This document shows, piece by piece, positions 39,698 through 50,762 of a stretch of DNA of 64,000 nt. The translations under genes were made by a program, and so were the position numbers. Each line of letters begins with the position of its first letter. Positions within the stretch are counted from its first letter, which is position 1. The DNA comes from an uncultured OCS116 cluster bacterium (GTDB taxonomy: Bacteria > Pseudomonadota > Alphaproteobacteria > Rhizobiales > TMED25). The notes below the pieces were generated by a model, which did no database searches, had not been told where the DNA came from, and worked only from the letters and a program-made list of their open reading frames with translations. Location of the stretch: positions 1,110 to 65,109 of the forward strand of contig CACMIP010000003.1 in NCBI GenBank assembly GCA_902613795.1. Reading direction: 5' to 3'.

Positions 39698-40669
39698 TTA
39701 GGGTACTAAAACTGTTGTACCAACCGTTTGTCTATTTGACATCGCCCCATGTGCTTTACCGACTTCTTCAAGCGAAAACTTTTGTTGGACATCGATCTTA
39801 ATATGTCCGCTTTTTAACACATCAAAATATTTTTCAGACGCGTTGATAAGTTGTTCTCGTGTTTTGACATAGTCAAATAATGTTGGCCGTGTGATAAATA
39901 GGGACCCTTTTTTCATTAGATCAAGAATATTTATCGGATCGGGCACGCCCGATGCATTTCCAAAACTTACAAGCAGTCCCCTTTTCCTTAATGAGTCCAT
40001 GGAGTCAATTAACGTATCTTTGCCTATGGAGTCATAAACAACAGAGACACCTTCATTATCAGTAATTTTAAGGGCTGCGTCTTTAAAAGACTCTTTGCTT
40101 ATGTTAATAACATGATCACAGCCATTTGATTTTGCGTAATCAATTTTTTCGTCAGATCCAACTGTGCCAATGACAGTCGCTCCAAGTGACTTTGCCCAGC
40201 CTGATGCTATCGAGCCAACACCGCCAGCAGCGGCATGAAATATTATCGTATCCTCTTTCCCTACTTTATAGATGTCGTGCATGAGAAAGTATGCGGTTAC
40301 TCCCTTTAAGAGCGAGCTTGCAACAGTTTCGAATTCAATTTCATCCGGTAAATGTAACAAAAGGTTTTCGGGGACAATGTTATGGGTCGCATAAGCTCCA
40401 AGCGGACCGTTGCAGTAACAAACTCTATCCCCTTTTTTAAATTCCTCTACCTTATCTCCAACTTCTTCAACAACACCTGATGCCTCCAAACCCAGACTTG
40501 ATGGAAGATTTAGGGGATACAATCCAGTTCTTTGATAAATATCAATGAAATTTACTCCAATAGCCATGTGTTTAATAAGGACTTGGTTATCTATGGGCTT
40601 TTGTTGCTCCCCATCGATTAATTTCATTTCCTGTTCATCGCCAAAGTTATTTAAAATGATTTTCTTCAT
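39698..40669 (-). CDS. qor: NADPH:quinone oxidoreductase (zinc-independent MDR family)
   Basis: 323 aa with GVNFIDIYQRTGLYP and the cofactor motif HAAAGGVGS. Confidence 0.8.
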   Translation of the reverse strand: MKKIILNNFGDEQEMKLIDGEQQKPIDNQVLIKHMAIGVNFIDIYQRTGLYPLNLPSSLGLEASGVVEEVGDKVEEFKKGDRVCYCNGPLGAYATHNIVPENLLLHLPDEIEFETVASSLLKGVTAYFLMHDIYKVGKEDTIIFHAAAGGVGSIASGWAKSLGATVIGTVGSDEKIDYAKSNGCDHVINISKESFKDAALKITDNEGVSVVYDSIGKDTLIDSMDSLRKRGLLVSFGNASGVPDPINILDLMKKGSLFITRPTLFDYVKTREQLINASEKYFDVLKSGHIKIDVQQKFSLEEVGKAHGAMSNRQTVGTTVLVP

Positions 40670-41037
40670 TGATTTCCCTTTAAATAAATAATAGTCATCT
40701 CCTAGTCTTTAGCATAATAATCTCTGAAATCAATGTAAAATGGATTTGATTTCCCAATATCTTGTGACGATAGTTCATCGCATCGGTAACCAACATTTTC
40801 TAATGGTAATGCTTGGCACGTTCTGCCGAAGTGAATTTCGCCAGCACATAATGATTGGTAAGTTCTATCTCTTTGAGATCTATAGATCCCAAAATTAAAA
40901 CTATTTTGACCAAATTATGATGAGATTTCATACGCCAATATTATCATATATAGAAATGAATAGGGAATCCTAATAAATAAAATGGAATGCGAGCTTTTTT
41001 TGTTGTAATAATAACTGTTAATTAAGTAATCAGAAAT

Positions 41038-42357
41038 ATGTATAATACTATCAACTCAAAAACAATTTATGCTTTATCTTCGGCGCCTGGAAAATCAGGC
41101 ATTGCTGTAATAAGAGTTTCGGGCCCTGAAGCGAAAAAAATTGGGAGTCTATTTAACATTGATTTACCTGATCCCAAAAAAGTTCAAATTGCAAAATTAG
41201 TTCATCCATATAACGGTGATTTTATAGACAAAGCACTAGTAACATTTTTTAAGTCACCAAATAGTTTTACAGGAGAGAATATGGTCGAACTATCAATTCA
41301 CGGTGGTAAAGCTATTAAAGATCTGATTTTTAGTATTTTAGCGGCAGATGAAAATTTTAGCTATGCCGAGCCCGGTGAATTTACCAGGAGAGCCTTTTTA
41401 AATGGTAAATTGGATTTAGTTGAAGTTGAGGGTTTGGCTGATTTAATAAATGCTGAGACAGAATTTCAGCGAAAACAGGCGTTTGATCAAATGGAGGGTA
41501 AATTATCAAATTTATATACGAAATGGAAGGGACAATTAGTAAAAAACCTATCATATCTCGAAGCAACAATCGACTTTGTCGAAGAGGAGGTATCACCAGA
41601 GGTCGCGGAGTCTCAAATAAAAGACATCAAAGTCGTTCTGAGCGAATTGGATGCTCATCTGAATGACTCAAATAAAGGAGAAAGATTGAGGGATGGATTT
41701 CATATAATAATTGCTGGTTCTCCAAACACAGGTAAGTCAAGCCTTCTAAACCATCTATCAAACCGAGATATTGCAATTGTATCCGATGAAGCGGGAACAA
41801 CAAGAGATAGTTTGGATGCATATCTTGATATAAATGGATTCCCCGTGATTATCACTGATACGGCTGGGATAAGGAAAGCAAAAACAGATGTAGAAAATAT
41901 TGGTATAAAAAAATCTCAAACAAAAATGAATGAGGCAGATCTTGTTTTGTGGTTGATGGACTCAAGTATTAATAAAAACGATGGTATCCCTCATAATATA
42001 AAGGATAAATCTATCGAGGTGTGGACAAAATCCGATATTTCTATTCATGAAAATAAAGAGATTATTATTTCAACTAAAAAAGATCAAGGAATTACACAAC
42101 TTATTGATATTATTGGAAAATTTGTTGAGAAGGGCTGCAGAACAGAAGGGCCATTTATCACAAGATCACGTCATCGTGATGCATTGGAAAAAACTAAAAA
42201 CCATTTATCAATGATTGCTAAAAATGATCTTTTGGATGTTGAAGTAATAGCGGAAGAGTTAAGGTCAGCGGTAAATTCATTAGCCCGAATTACGGGGCAT
42301 GTTGATGTTGAAGATCTATTGGATATAATTTTTAAAGATTTTTGTATTGGTAAATAA
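41038..42357 (+). CDS. mnmE: tRNA modification GTPase MnmE
   Basis: G-domain GSPNTGKSSLLN and DTAGIR. C-terminal tetrapeptide CIGK. Confidence 0.95.
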   Translation: MYNTINSKTIYALSSAPGKSGIAVIRVSGPEAKKIGSLFNIDLPDPKKVQIAKLVHPYNGDFIDKALVTFFKSPNSFTGENMVELSIHGGKAIKDLIFSILAADENFSYAEPGEFTRRAFLNGKLDLVEVEGLADLINAETEFQRKQAFDQMEGKLSNLYTKWKGQLVKNLSYLEATIDFVEEEVSPEVAESQIKDIKVVLSELDAHLNDSNKGERLRDGFHIIIAGSPNTGKSSLLNHLSNRDIAIVSDEAGTTRDSLDAYLDINGFPVIITDTAGIRKAKTDVENIGIKKSQTKMNEADLVLWLMDSSINKNDGIPHNIKDKSIEVWTKSDISIHENKEIIISTKKDQGITQLIDIIGKFVEKGCRTEGPFITRSRHRDALEKTKNHLSMIAKNDLLDVEVIAEELRSAVNSLARITGHVDVEDLLDIIFKDFCIGK

Positions 42358-42392
42358 AATAGAATACAATATATATCACATAGGAGTACTAA

Positions 42393-44264
42393 ATGAAGTT
42401 TGATTATGATGTTATTATTATTGGAGGTGGTCATGCGGGCTGCGAGGCAGCTGTAGCAGCTGCAAGATATGGCGCAAACTCTCTTCTCATAACTCATAAA
42501 AAATCTACTATAGGTGAAATGTCGTGTAACCCAGCGTTTGGGGGCCTGGGCAAAAGTCATCTTGTGCGAGAGGTGGACGCTCTAGACGGAGTAATTGGTA
42601 TTGCCTCTGATGAAGCTGCCATACAGTATAGGGTGCTTAATCAGAGAAAAGGACCTGCTGTAAGGGCGCCGCGCGTACAAGCTGACAGGGAAATATATAA
42701 AAAGGCAATGCAACGTATTTTGAGCCAATACAAAAACCTGACAGTACTAGAAAATGAATGTATTGGTCTTCTTATTGATGAGGGAGTTTGCTGTGGTGTG
42801 GAAACACTTAACAATGATGAAATATATGCAAAAGCTGTAGTAATAACAACAGGAACATTTCTTAATGGCTTGATTCACATCGGAAAGAAAACCTATCCAG
42901 CAGGAAGAGTTGGAGATAAGCCATCACTTCACTTGTCGGATGTTTTTCAGGAGTTTGGCTTTCAGTTAGGTAGATTAAAAACGGGAACACCTCCAAGACT
43001 TGACGGAAGAACAATAGATTGGGCAAGCCTTGAAGAGCAGCAACCAGATAAAGAACCAATTTATATGTCCTATCTCACCGATTGCATCCAGCAAGAACAA
43101 ATCTCATGTTTTATAACTAGAACAAATGACAAGACACATAACATAATTATGAGTAACCTTGATAATGCCCCACTTTATTCTGGCCAAATAGAGTCAACAG
43201 GTCCACGTTACTGCCCATCTATCGAAGATAAGGTTGTTCGCTTCGGTGAACGTAATGGACACCAAATTTTTTTAGAGCCAGAGGGCTTAAATAGTCACAC
43301 TGTATACCCAAACGGCATTTCTACCTCGATTGACGAGAAAATCCAAGAAATTATGGTACGTTCAATCAAGGGCCTTGAAAATGTTAAAATAGAAAGACCC
43401 GGTTATGCTATTGAATATGATTATATTGATCCAAGAGAATTAAAACTAACTCTTGAGACCAAAAAAATTAGAAACTTATTCTTAGCGGGTCAAATTAATG
43501 GAACAACTGGATATGAAGAAGCTTCTGCGCAAGGATTAATTGCAGGAGTAAATGCTGCAATCAATTGTGTTGGAAAGCAAGAATTCATTCTAGATCGCTC
43601 TGACGCCTATATTGGTGTAATGATTGATGACCTTGTGACAAAAGGTGTCACTGAGCCATATCGTATGTTCACATCAAGAGCAGAATATCGTCTCTCTCTG
43701 CGCATTGATAACGCGGATCAACGTTTGACTAAAAAAGGTATTGATCTTGGAATTGTTAATAAAAATAGAGAAGCTTCTTTCAACGCTAAGTTAAGTGTAA
43801 TCCATGATGCCATGAGCCTTGTCACAAATCTAACAATCACACCAAATAGAGCTGAACAGTATGGCTTGAAAATTAACCAAGATGGCAAAAAGAGGTCAGT
43901 TTTAGATTTGATTTCATACCCAAACATAAATTTAACAGATTTATATCACATTTGGCCCGAATTAAGCACAATTGATAAGTCAGTGTCAGCACAGATCGAG
44001 TCTAACGCAATCTACTCCAAGTATTTAGAGAGGCAAAGGCTCGAGATTGTATCTTTTAAGAAGGATGAGTCTTTGGTAATACCATTCGACATAGACTTTA
44101 ATGATGTAAAGGGACTATCAAACGAAGCTCGTGATCGTGTGTCGAAAATGAAGCCTGCAACGGTTGGACAATTATCAAGAATGGAGGGAATTGATCCCTC
44201 TACTGTTCTCAAGATATTGTCATATATAAAGGCCCATCGTAAAATCTCAGAAATGTCAGCATAG
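42393..44264 (+). CDS. mnmG: tRNA uridine 5-carboxymethylaminomethyl modification enzyme MnmG (GidA)
   Basis: FAD fold VIIIGGGHAGCEAA. 623 aa. Confidence 0.97.
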   Translation: MKFDYDVIIIGGGHAGCEAAVAAARYGANSLLITHKKSTIGEMSCNPAFGGLGKSHLVREVDALDGVIGIASDEAAIQYRVLNQRKGPAVRAPRVQADREIYKKAMQRILSQYKNLTVLENECIGLLIDEGVCCGVETLNNDEIYAKAVVITTGTFLNGLIHIGKKTYPAGRVGDKPSLHLSDVFQEFGFQLGRLKTGTPPRLDGRTIDWASLEEQQPDKEPIYMSYLTDCIQQEQISCFITRTNDKTHNIIMSNLDNAPLYSGQIESTGPRYCPSIEDKVVRFGERNGHQIFLEPEGLNSHTVYPNGISTSIDEKIQEIMVRSIKGLENVKIERPGYAIEYDYIDPRELKLTLETKKIRNLFLAGQINGTTGYEEASAQGLIAGVNAAINCVGKQEFILDRSDAYIGVMIDDLVTKGVTEPYRMFTSRAEYRLSLRIDNADQRLTKKGIDLGIVNKNREASFNAKLSVIHDAMSLVTNLTITPNRAEQYGLKINQDGKKRSVLDLISYPNINLTDLYHIWPELSTIDKSVSAQIESNAIYSKYLERQRLEIVSFKKDESLVIPFDIDFNDVKGLSNEARDRVSKMKPATVGQLSRMEGIDPSTVLKILSYIKAHRKISEMSA

Positions 44265-44267
44265 ATC

Positions 44268-44897
44268 GTGACAGATAAAATATCAGTCATAAATTTAATT
44301 GAGAGAGACTATAATGTTTCACGTGAAACAATCAGTAAACTAGAAATTTATGCTGAGTGTTTGATTGAATGGCAAAGTAAGTTCAATCTTATCGGCAAAT
44401 CCACAATAAATTCTTTATGGCATAGGCATATATTAGACTCTATCCAGCTTGTGAGCGCAATACCTGAAGACTTTCAGAGCTTGATGGATATTGGCACTGG
44501 CGCAGGACTGCCAGGGTTTATACTAGCAATTTATTATAACCAACTAGGTAAAGATATATACTTAGTAGACTCAAATAAAAAGAAATGCACGTTTTTAGAT
44601 CATGTTGCCACAAGATGCAACGTGGATGTTAAAATATATGCAGATAGACTTCAAGACCTGGCAGTGAAGGACTCATTTAAAGTAGATGTTATTACAGCAA
44701 GGGCATTTGCAAGCATCGACAATATAATGTCTTTATCCAGACCATATGCGCATAAAAAAACAAAATACTTGTTACAAAAGGGCGTTAATGCAAAAAGTGA
44801 GTTGACCAACGCAAAAATTTCATCAAAATTAAGAGTAGAGTTAATAAATAGCGTAACGCAAGAAAACTCATATATTCTTAATATTGAACGAAAATAA
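44268..44897 (+). CDS. rsmG: 16S rRNA (guanine527-N7)-methyltransferase RsmG (GidB)
   Basis: SAM motif DIGTGAGLPG. GTG start 3 nt after mnmG. Confidence 0.9.
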   Translation: MTDKISVINLIERDYNVSRETISKLEIYAECLIEWQSKFNLIGKSTINSLWHRHILDSIQLVSAIPEDFQSLMDIGTGAGLPGFILAIYYNQLGKDIYLVDSNKKKCTFLDHVATRCNVDVKIYADRLQDLAVKDSFKVDVITARAFASIDNIMSLSRPYAHKKTKYLLQKGVNAKSELTNAKISSKLRVELINSVTQENSYILNIERK

Positions 44898-45721
44898 TGT
44901 TTGGATTAAAGAAAAATAATAACAAAGCCAAAATATTCGCATTCGCCAACCAAAAGGGTGGCGTGGGAAAGACTACAACAGCAATTAATCTAGGTTGTGC
45001 AATTGCTGGTGCGGGGGAGAAAGTGCTAATCATTGATTTGGATCCCCAAGGAAATGCCTCTACCGGTTTAGGCATTAATAAAGATGACAGGAAGTTCTCG
45101 ACGTATGATATTTTAACCCGTGAACAAACTATTGTAGATATAAAGTACAAAACCCTTGTGCAAAATCTTGATATTGTACCATCAACACTCGACCTGCTGG
45201 GTTTAGAAGCGGTTTTGGCTGAAGATAATGAAAAGTCATATAAGTTAAAGCTAGCTGTTGAAGAGTTTGAGGTACAAAGTAAAAATGAATATGATTATAT
45301 TCTAATAGATTGTCCGCCATCATTAAATTTATTAACCATAAATGCCCTAGCTGCTGCAGATGCCCTAATTGTGCCATTACAATGTGAATTCTACGCGCTT
45401 GAAGGACTAGGTCAACTATTAGAAACTGTCGAACATGTTCGCGCAACCTTGAATAAAGATCTGTTAATACATGGCGTACTTTTGACTATGTTTGACGAAA
45501 GAAATAACCTTTCAGGTCAAGTTGCAAAAGATGTTAGGGATTTTCTTGGTGATAAAGTATATAAAACAGTAATTCCAAGGAATGTAAGGGTTTCTGAGGC
45601 ACCATCATATGGAAAGCCAGTTATATTGTATGATTATAAATGTCAGGGCTCTCAGGCCTATATGAACTTGGCAGCAGAAGTCTTAAAAAAAGATAAGATC
45701 GCATTAAACAGTAATTTATAA
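44897..45721 (+). CDS. parA: chromosome partitioning ATPase ParA
   Basis: Deviant Walker A NQKGGVGKTTTAINL. The start shares one base with the rsmG stop. Confidence 0.95.
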   Translation: MFGLKKNNNKAKIFAFANQKGGVGKTTTAINLGCAIAGAGEKVLIIDLDPQGNASTGLGINKDDRKFSTYDILTREQTIVDIKYKTLVQNLDIVPSTLDLLGLEAVLAEDNEKSYKLKLAVEEFEVQSKNEYDYILIDCPPSLNLLTINALAAADALIVPLQCEFYALEGLGQLLETVEHVRATLNKDLLIHGVLLTMFDERNNLSGQVAKDVRDFLGDKVYKTVIPRNVRVSEAPSYGKPVILYDYKCQGSQAYMNLAAEVLKKDKIALNSNL

Positions 45722-45738
45722 AAAATAGGGGACCTACA

Positions 45739-46620
45739 GTGGCAGAGCAACATACAAACGCATCGACTTCAAGACTTGGCAGAGGCTTGGCCTCACTAAT
45801 CGGAGATGTTCCACGAAACGTTGCACCCGGAGTAAGTGAACTGGAACTCAATATTGCTAGGCTTCCAATAGAAAAAATTCAGGCAAACAAACAAAATCCA
45901 CGTAGTATATTTTCCGAAGATGAACTTGTAGACTTAGCTAATTCAATTAGAGAAAAAGGTATTGTTCAACCTATTATTGTAAGGGAAATTGATAGTGCCG
46001 GATCATATGAAGTTATTGCTGGTGAGAGGCGATGGAGAGCTGCACAAATCGCTCAGCTAGATAACATACCTGCAATAATAAAAACATTATCTGACGATGA
46101 TGCGTTAGAAATTGCTATTATAGAAAATGTGCAAAGAAGTAATTTGAGTCCTATAGATGAGGCAGCCGGGTATCAGAGATTAATTGACATCTATAATTAT
46201 ACTCAGGAAGATTTAGCGCAGGTAATTGGAAAAAGTCGAAGCTATATCGCAAATATACTACGCCTAAATAATTTACCGACGAAAGTAAAAGACTATTTGT
46301 CAGAAGGACTGTTAACAATAGGTCACGCGAGGGCATTGATATCTCTGGAGAATGCTGAAAATCTTGCTGACATGATCGTATCAAAGGGCTTAAGTGTTAG
46401 GCAAACAGAACAGCTAGTTAAAAACTCAGTAGGATCTCAGAAAAAAAGCAAGAGATCATCAATTAAGGACAAGAATTTAAGCTCACTTGAACAGTTAATG
46501 ACAGACGCAATTGGCCTTAAAGTTCAAATCCATGCCAAAGATGCTAAATCAGGGAAAGTTGTTGTAAACTATACAAGTGATCAGCATCTGGAGCTTGTAA
46601 AAAATAAATTATTAGGTTAA
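45739..46620 (+). CDS. parB: chromosome partitioning protein ParB
   Basis: GRGLASLIG N-terminal box, the GERRWRAA arginine patch, and an HTH. GTG start. Confidence 0.95.
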   Translation: MAEQHTNASTSRLGRGLASLIGDVPRNVAPGVSELELNIARLPIEKIQANKQNPRSIFSEDELVDLANSIREKGIVQPIIVREIDSAGSYEVIAGERRWRAAQIAQLDNIPAIIKTLSDDDALEIAIIENVQRSNLSPIDEAAGYQRLIDIYNYTQEDLAQVIGKSRSYIANILRLNNLPTKVKDYLSEGLLTIGHARALISLENAENLADMIVSKGLSVRQTEQLVKNSVGSQKKSKRSSIKDKNLSSLEQLMTDAIGLKVQIHAKDAKSGKVVVNYTSDQHLELVKNKLLG

Positions 46621-47630
46621 TTCTTCAGTGAAGAGATCTTTAGGAGACATCTTTCTGTCAATTCGACAGATAAATCGTTATTCTTCCTTGACTCAATTGT
46701 TGTTTCTGACAAAATTTCGATTATATCACTTAGGGTACCTCTATTCCAGGTATTAAGCTGCTTCTGAAAAGATGGGTGTCTTTTGAAAAATATGGGTGGT
46801 TTTATATTCTCAATCACTTGTTTATTCGGTATATTCAAGTCATCTTTTTCCGCTAATAATTCCATCAATTTTATGACATGATTCGATGTAATAATAAGTA
46901 TTTGCGCAGGGTTGAATTCATCTAAGACTGAATGATAAAGGCGGCTTACGCTTTTTGTTTTTTTTTCAAACACTGTGTCTACTAAATCGGTAACAATGAT
47001 ATTTGATGAAGAGACGATTATAGACTCCACTTCTGATTTACTTATCTCATCGCCGCTTTGATGGTGGTTTAAAATTTTCTCGATTTCTGATGTTGTATTG
47101 CCGTAGTCATTACCCAGTGATGCCATAATTAAATCTTTCGCATCTTTATGCATGGTAAGATCTCTATCTTTGAGTTTGCTATTAAGTAGAGCCATTATAT
47201 CAATATTTGAACTATTGTAGCATGGGATCACGATAAAATTCTTATCACTTTCAAATGCCTTTCTTGCGGGTGAGCTTGTCTTCAACTCGCCTGCTTTAAT
47301 TATCAGGATTGACTGGCTTTTTGATTCAATGATGCAGTCGACCTGTTCTTTTTTTAGATCAGATGACAAATCTATTAATATAACCCTTTTATCATTGGTA
47401 AGTGCGAAAGTATCCAGTTCATCTGCCAGTAATCCTGGGTCATCATTTAACTGGGTACTATTTATTGTAGATAATAAAAAAGGGTCATTTTTGTTTGGGA
47501 TGTAGTGACTAACAAGAGCTTTTGTTCTATGGTTTATCAGCCCGCCATCCTGACCATAGAGCAGTATACCTTGTATGTCATCACTAGGGTTTTTTATGAA
47601 ATCATCAGCCTGTTTGTTGCGTAGGATCAC
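46617..47630 (-). CDS. holA: DNA polymerase III delta subunit
   Basis: 337 aa in the conserved leuS-lptE-holA order. The N-terminal clamp-loader-like region has ILLYGQDGGLI. Confidence 0.8.
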   Translation of the reverse strand: MILRNKQADDFIKNPSDDIQGILLYGQDGGLINHRTKALVSHYIPNKNDPFLLSTINSTQLNDDPGLLADELDTFALTNDKRVILIDLSSDLKKEQVDCIIESKSQSILIIKAGELKTSSPARKAFESDKNFIVIPCYNSSNIDIMALLNSKLKDRDLTMHKDAKDLIMASLGNDYGNTTSEIEKILNHHQSGDEISKSEVESIIVSSSNIIVTDLVDTVFEKKTKSVSRLYHSVLDEFNPAQILIITSNHVIKLMELLAEKDDLNIPNKQVIENIKPPIFFKRHPSFQKQLNTWNRGTLSDIIEILSETTIESRKNNDLSVELTERCLLKISSLKN

Positions 47631-47654
47631 TGTCTAGTTACCAGCTTTAGATTA

Positions 47655-48164
47655 TTAATTCATCAATTTTGGATGGTTTAAAGATATTTGCTTATTTATG
47701 ACGGATGCAACCTCTTTTGCTATTAAGTTATATGTAGATATTTCTGCCTGAGCATTATTATATTCTGAAGATGACAGTGTGAAAGTATTGTAGACACGAG
47801 CTGTATTTGAAAATACCATTTCTCTGAATTCATTAACCCTAAATATTTTATATGCAACTTCAACTTCTAATTGCATACGTTTTGCTTCACCTGATGAGTC
47901 GATTAAAAGTGGATTTTTTTCAATGCTGATTTTAAAATCCATCTCAAGTTCAGACTTGCCTCGTTCAGCATTCTGTCCCATGTACTTCAAGATTTCATTT
48001 CTAATAATCTGATGGTTTCTATCTGTCGCGTCATTGATATAGATTTCGCTCATGATGAGTTGAGAATTACTATTGACTCCATACATTGGTGAAAAGGAGC
48101 AACCGGCGATAATCGGTAGAAACATAATTATTAAATACAAATTTTTAACTTTAGATAACAACAT
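47655..48164 (-). CDS. lptE: LPS-assembly lipoprotein LptE
   Basis: Lipobox IIAGC after a basic/hydrophobic signal peptide. Lies directly downstream of leuS, overlapping it by 14 nt. Confidence 0.75.
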   Translation of the reverse strand: MLLSKVKNLYLIIMFLPIIAGCSFSPMYGVNSNSQLIMSEIYINDATDRNHQIIRNEILKYMGQNAERGKSELEMDFKISIEKNPLLIDSSGEAKRMQLEVEVAYKIFRVNEFREMVFSNTARVYNTFTLSSSEYNNAQAEISTYNLIAKEVASVINKQISLNHPKLMN

Positions 48165-50751
48165 TTAGAATCCTATTTGGGACATATATAATTTTTCTAA
48201 TCTCAGAATTGATTGATTTACTGACATTATCGATTTTCATAGCCGCAGCTTCAACCTCATTTTTTGATAAGCCTTTAGCTACTTCAATCTCACCTCTTTT
48301 TTTACCATTTACCTGCACTACAATAAGAACGGTATCTTCCTGAATATATTTCTCAATTAATTGAGGCCATTCTCTTTGAGAAATTATATCATTACAACCA
48401 ATTATTTTCCAACATTCTTCTGCCAAATGTGGTGCCATTGGGGCAAAAAGTTGGCAGTATGTCTCAAGAAGCTCTCTAAATGAGTATAACTCACTGATAT
48501 CATTGAGTTTTTTATTTTTATTTATTATACTCTGCATCTCATTAGAAAGCTCGTAAATATGTGCAATCGCCCTATTAAACCGCAAGTTTTCAAGTGCGTC
48601 AGTGATATCTTTTATAGCCTTATGAGTTATTTTTCTCATCTTGATTGAGTTTTCCGTAAACTCCTTTGGTTCATCAATGTCAATCCCAGAAATAATGGAC
48701 ATCCCATCATTAACAATTTTCCAAATCCTTTGAATGAAACGAGATGAGGCTTCAGCCCCTTTATCTGTCCACTGAATATCTCTCTCTGGTGGCGTATCAG
48801 ATAAAATAAACCATCTCGCTGTATCAGCACCAAAGGTCTCTACAATGGACTGTGGGTCAATAATATTTTTTTTCGATTTTGACATAGACTCTATGGGTCC
48901 AACGGTCACAGCGTCACCAGTTTTGATATGAACAGGATTGCTTCCATCAAATACGACTTCCTCTGGAAATAGCCAATTACCTGAAGAGTCTTTATAAGTT
49001 TCATGCGTAACCATCCCTTGTGTAAATAACCCTGAAAAAGGTTCATCAAAAGACAGATGCCCTGTCTCTTTCATTGCGCGTGTAAAAAATCTTGAATATA
49101 GAAGATGAAGAATAGCATGCTCCACGCCACCAATATATTGATCTACAGGCAACCAATAGTCAACAGACTCTCTGTTGACGGGCTGATTGGCCTTTGGACT
49201 GCAAAATCTTGCAAAATACCATGAAGAGTCTACAAATGTATCAAATGTATCTGTTTCTCTTGTCGCATCTTTTTGACAATTAGGACACTTTACTTTTTTC
49301 CATGTTGGATGCTTTTCTAGAGGATTTCCAGGGATACTGAAGTCAACATCATCGGGTAATCTTACAGGAAGATCATCATCAGGTGCCTCTTGAACACCGC
49401 AATCATCGCAATGGATAATTGGTATTGGACAGCCCCAATATCTTTGTCTTGAAACACCCCAATCGCGTAAACGATATGTAATTTTCTTTTGACCTTGAGG
49501 TGACCCACCAATTTTATTTTTTGACATTCTCTGTGCTACAGCATCTTTTGCCTCTTCAATTGTTTTTCCATCGAGAAAATCTGAATTAAAAATTGTTCCA
49601 CTTGCAGTGTAAGCATCACTTTCTATGATAAATTTTTCTTTTTCTATATCTTCAGGTAACACTACCGGTATGACATCCAAGTTATACTTACGTGCAAAAT
49701 CCAAGTCTCTTTGATCATGCGCTGGACATCCAAATATTGCTCCTGTTCCGTACTCCATCAAAACAAAATTTGCGATGTAGACATCTAAATTTTTATTCTT
49801 AATAAATGGGTGCTTCACTTTAACGCCAGTATTAAATCCTATTTTTTCAGCTTTCTCTATTTCGGCTAGAGTTGTTCCTATTGATCTGCACTCCTTAATG
49901 AAACTATTAATTTCAGGATTACTTTTTTCAAGCTTTTTGACTATTGGATGGTCTGCGGCAATTGCAACGAAGCTCGCGCCAAAAAGAGTATCAGGTCTCG
50001 TAGTAAAAACCTCAATTGGCTCGTAATTATCATCAGGAGCAACTGCAATCTCAAACTTAAATTGTAAGCCAGTTGACTCCCCTATCCAATTATTTTGCAT
50101 AGTTTTGACTTTTTCAGGCCACTTATTAAGCTTGTCGAGTTTACTCAGTAAATCATTTGCATAATTTGTTATGTTGAAAAACCATTGAGTAAGCTCTTTT
50201 GTTTCAACTTCTGCGCCTGATCTCCAACCTTTCCCATCAATTACTTGTTCATTGGCAAGAACGGTATTGTCTACCGGGTCCCAGTTTACTTTTGACTTTT
50301 TTCTTCCAACAAGACCTTTTCTGTAGAAATCTAAAAACAATCTTTGCTCATGCTGATAATATTCAGGGTCACATGTTGCTATTTCACGGGACCAATCAAT
50401 AGATAAACCGAGAAGCTTAAGCTGTTTACGCATGTTTGCGATATTTTCATAAGTCCATTTAGCTGGGTGGATATTATTTTGCATGGCGGCATTCTCTGCC
50501 GGCATTCCAAAGGCGTCCCATCCCATTGGATGCAGAACATTGAAACCTCGAGCCCTTTTGTATCTAGCTACGACATCCCCCATTGTGTAATTACGGACGT
50601 GCCCCATGTGGATCTTTCCTGAAGGATAAGGAAACATCTCTAAAACATAATATTTTTGTTTTGTATAATCTTCGCTTACCTGGAATATTTTATCAGAATC
50701 CCACTTTCTCTGCCATCTCTCTTCTACTTCTCTGTGATTATATCTTTCCAT
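48151..50751 (-). CDS. leuS: leucine-tRNA ligase
   Basis: 866 aa with the class I HIGH variant ([13 protein letters not shown]) and KMSKS (SMSKSKKN). Confidence 0.98.
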   Translation of the reverse strand: MERYNHREVEERWQRKWDSDKIFQVSEDYTKQKYYVLEMFPYPSGKIHMGHVRNYTMGDVVARYKRARGFNVLHPMGWDAFGMPAENAAMQNNIHPAKWTYENIANMRKQLKLLGLSIDWSREIATCDPEYYQHEQRLFLDFYRKGLVGRKKSKVNWDPVDNTVLANEQVIDGKGWRSGAEVETKELTQWFFNITNYANDLLSKLDKLNKWPEKVKTMQNNWIGESTGLQFKFEIAVAPDDNYEPIEVFTTRPDTLFGASFVAIAADHPIVKKLEKSNPEINSFIKECRSIGTTLAEIEKAEKIGFNTGVKVKHPFIKNKNLDVYIANFVLMEYGTGAIFGCPAHDQRDLDFARKYNLDVIPVVLPEDIEKEKFIIESDAYTASGTIFNSDFLDGKTIEEAKDAVAQRMSKNKIGGSPQGQKKITYRLRDWGVSRQRYWGCPIPIIHCDDCGVQEAPDDDLPVRLPDDVDFSIPGNPLEKHPTWKKVKCPNCQKDATRETDTFDTFVDSSWYFARFCSPKANQPVNRESVDYWLPVDQYIGGVEHAILHLLYSRFFTRAMKETGHLSFDEPFSGLFTQGMVTHETYKDSSGNWLFPEEVVFDGSNPVHIKTGDAVTVGPIESMSKSKKNIIDPQSIVETFGADTARWFILSDTPPERDIQWTDKGAEASSRFIQRIWKIVNDGMSIISGIDIDEPKEFTENSIKMRKITHKAIKDITDALENLRFNRAIAHIYELSNEMQSIINKNKKLNDISELYSFRELLETYCQLFAPMAPHLAEECWKIIGCNDIISQREWPQLIEKYIQEDTVLIVVQVNGKKRGEIEVAKGLSKNEVEAAAMKIDNVSKSINSEIRKIIYVPNRILNVVI

Positions 50752-50762
50752 AGTGCAACGTA

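Noticed and set aside
40814-40827. TGGCAC motif in the qor-mnmE spacer that looked like a second sigma-54 promoter
   Set aside because: The downstream GC dinucleotide is two positions too close (TGGCAC-GTTC-TGCC), so the GG-N10-GC spacing of -24/-12 promoters is not met.
40740-40904. 54-aa ATG-initiated plus-strand ORF in the qor-mnmE spacer as a real small gene
   Set aside because: It has no Shine-Dalgarno-like sequence, no recognisable motif, and is below any reasonable evidence threshold on its own. It is kept only as part of the spacer finding.
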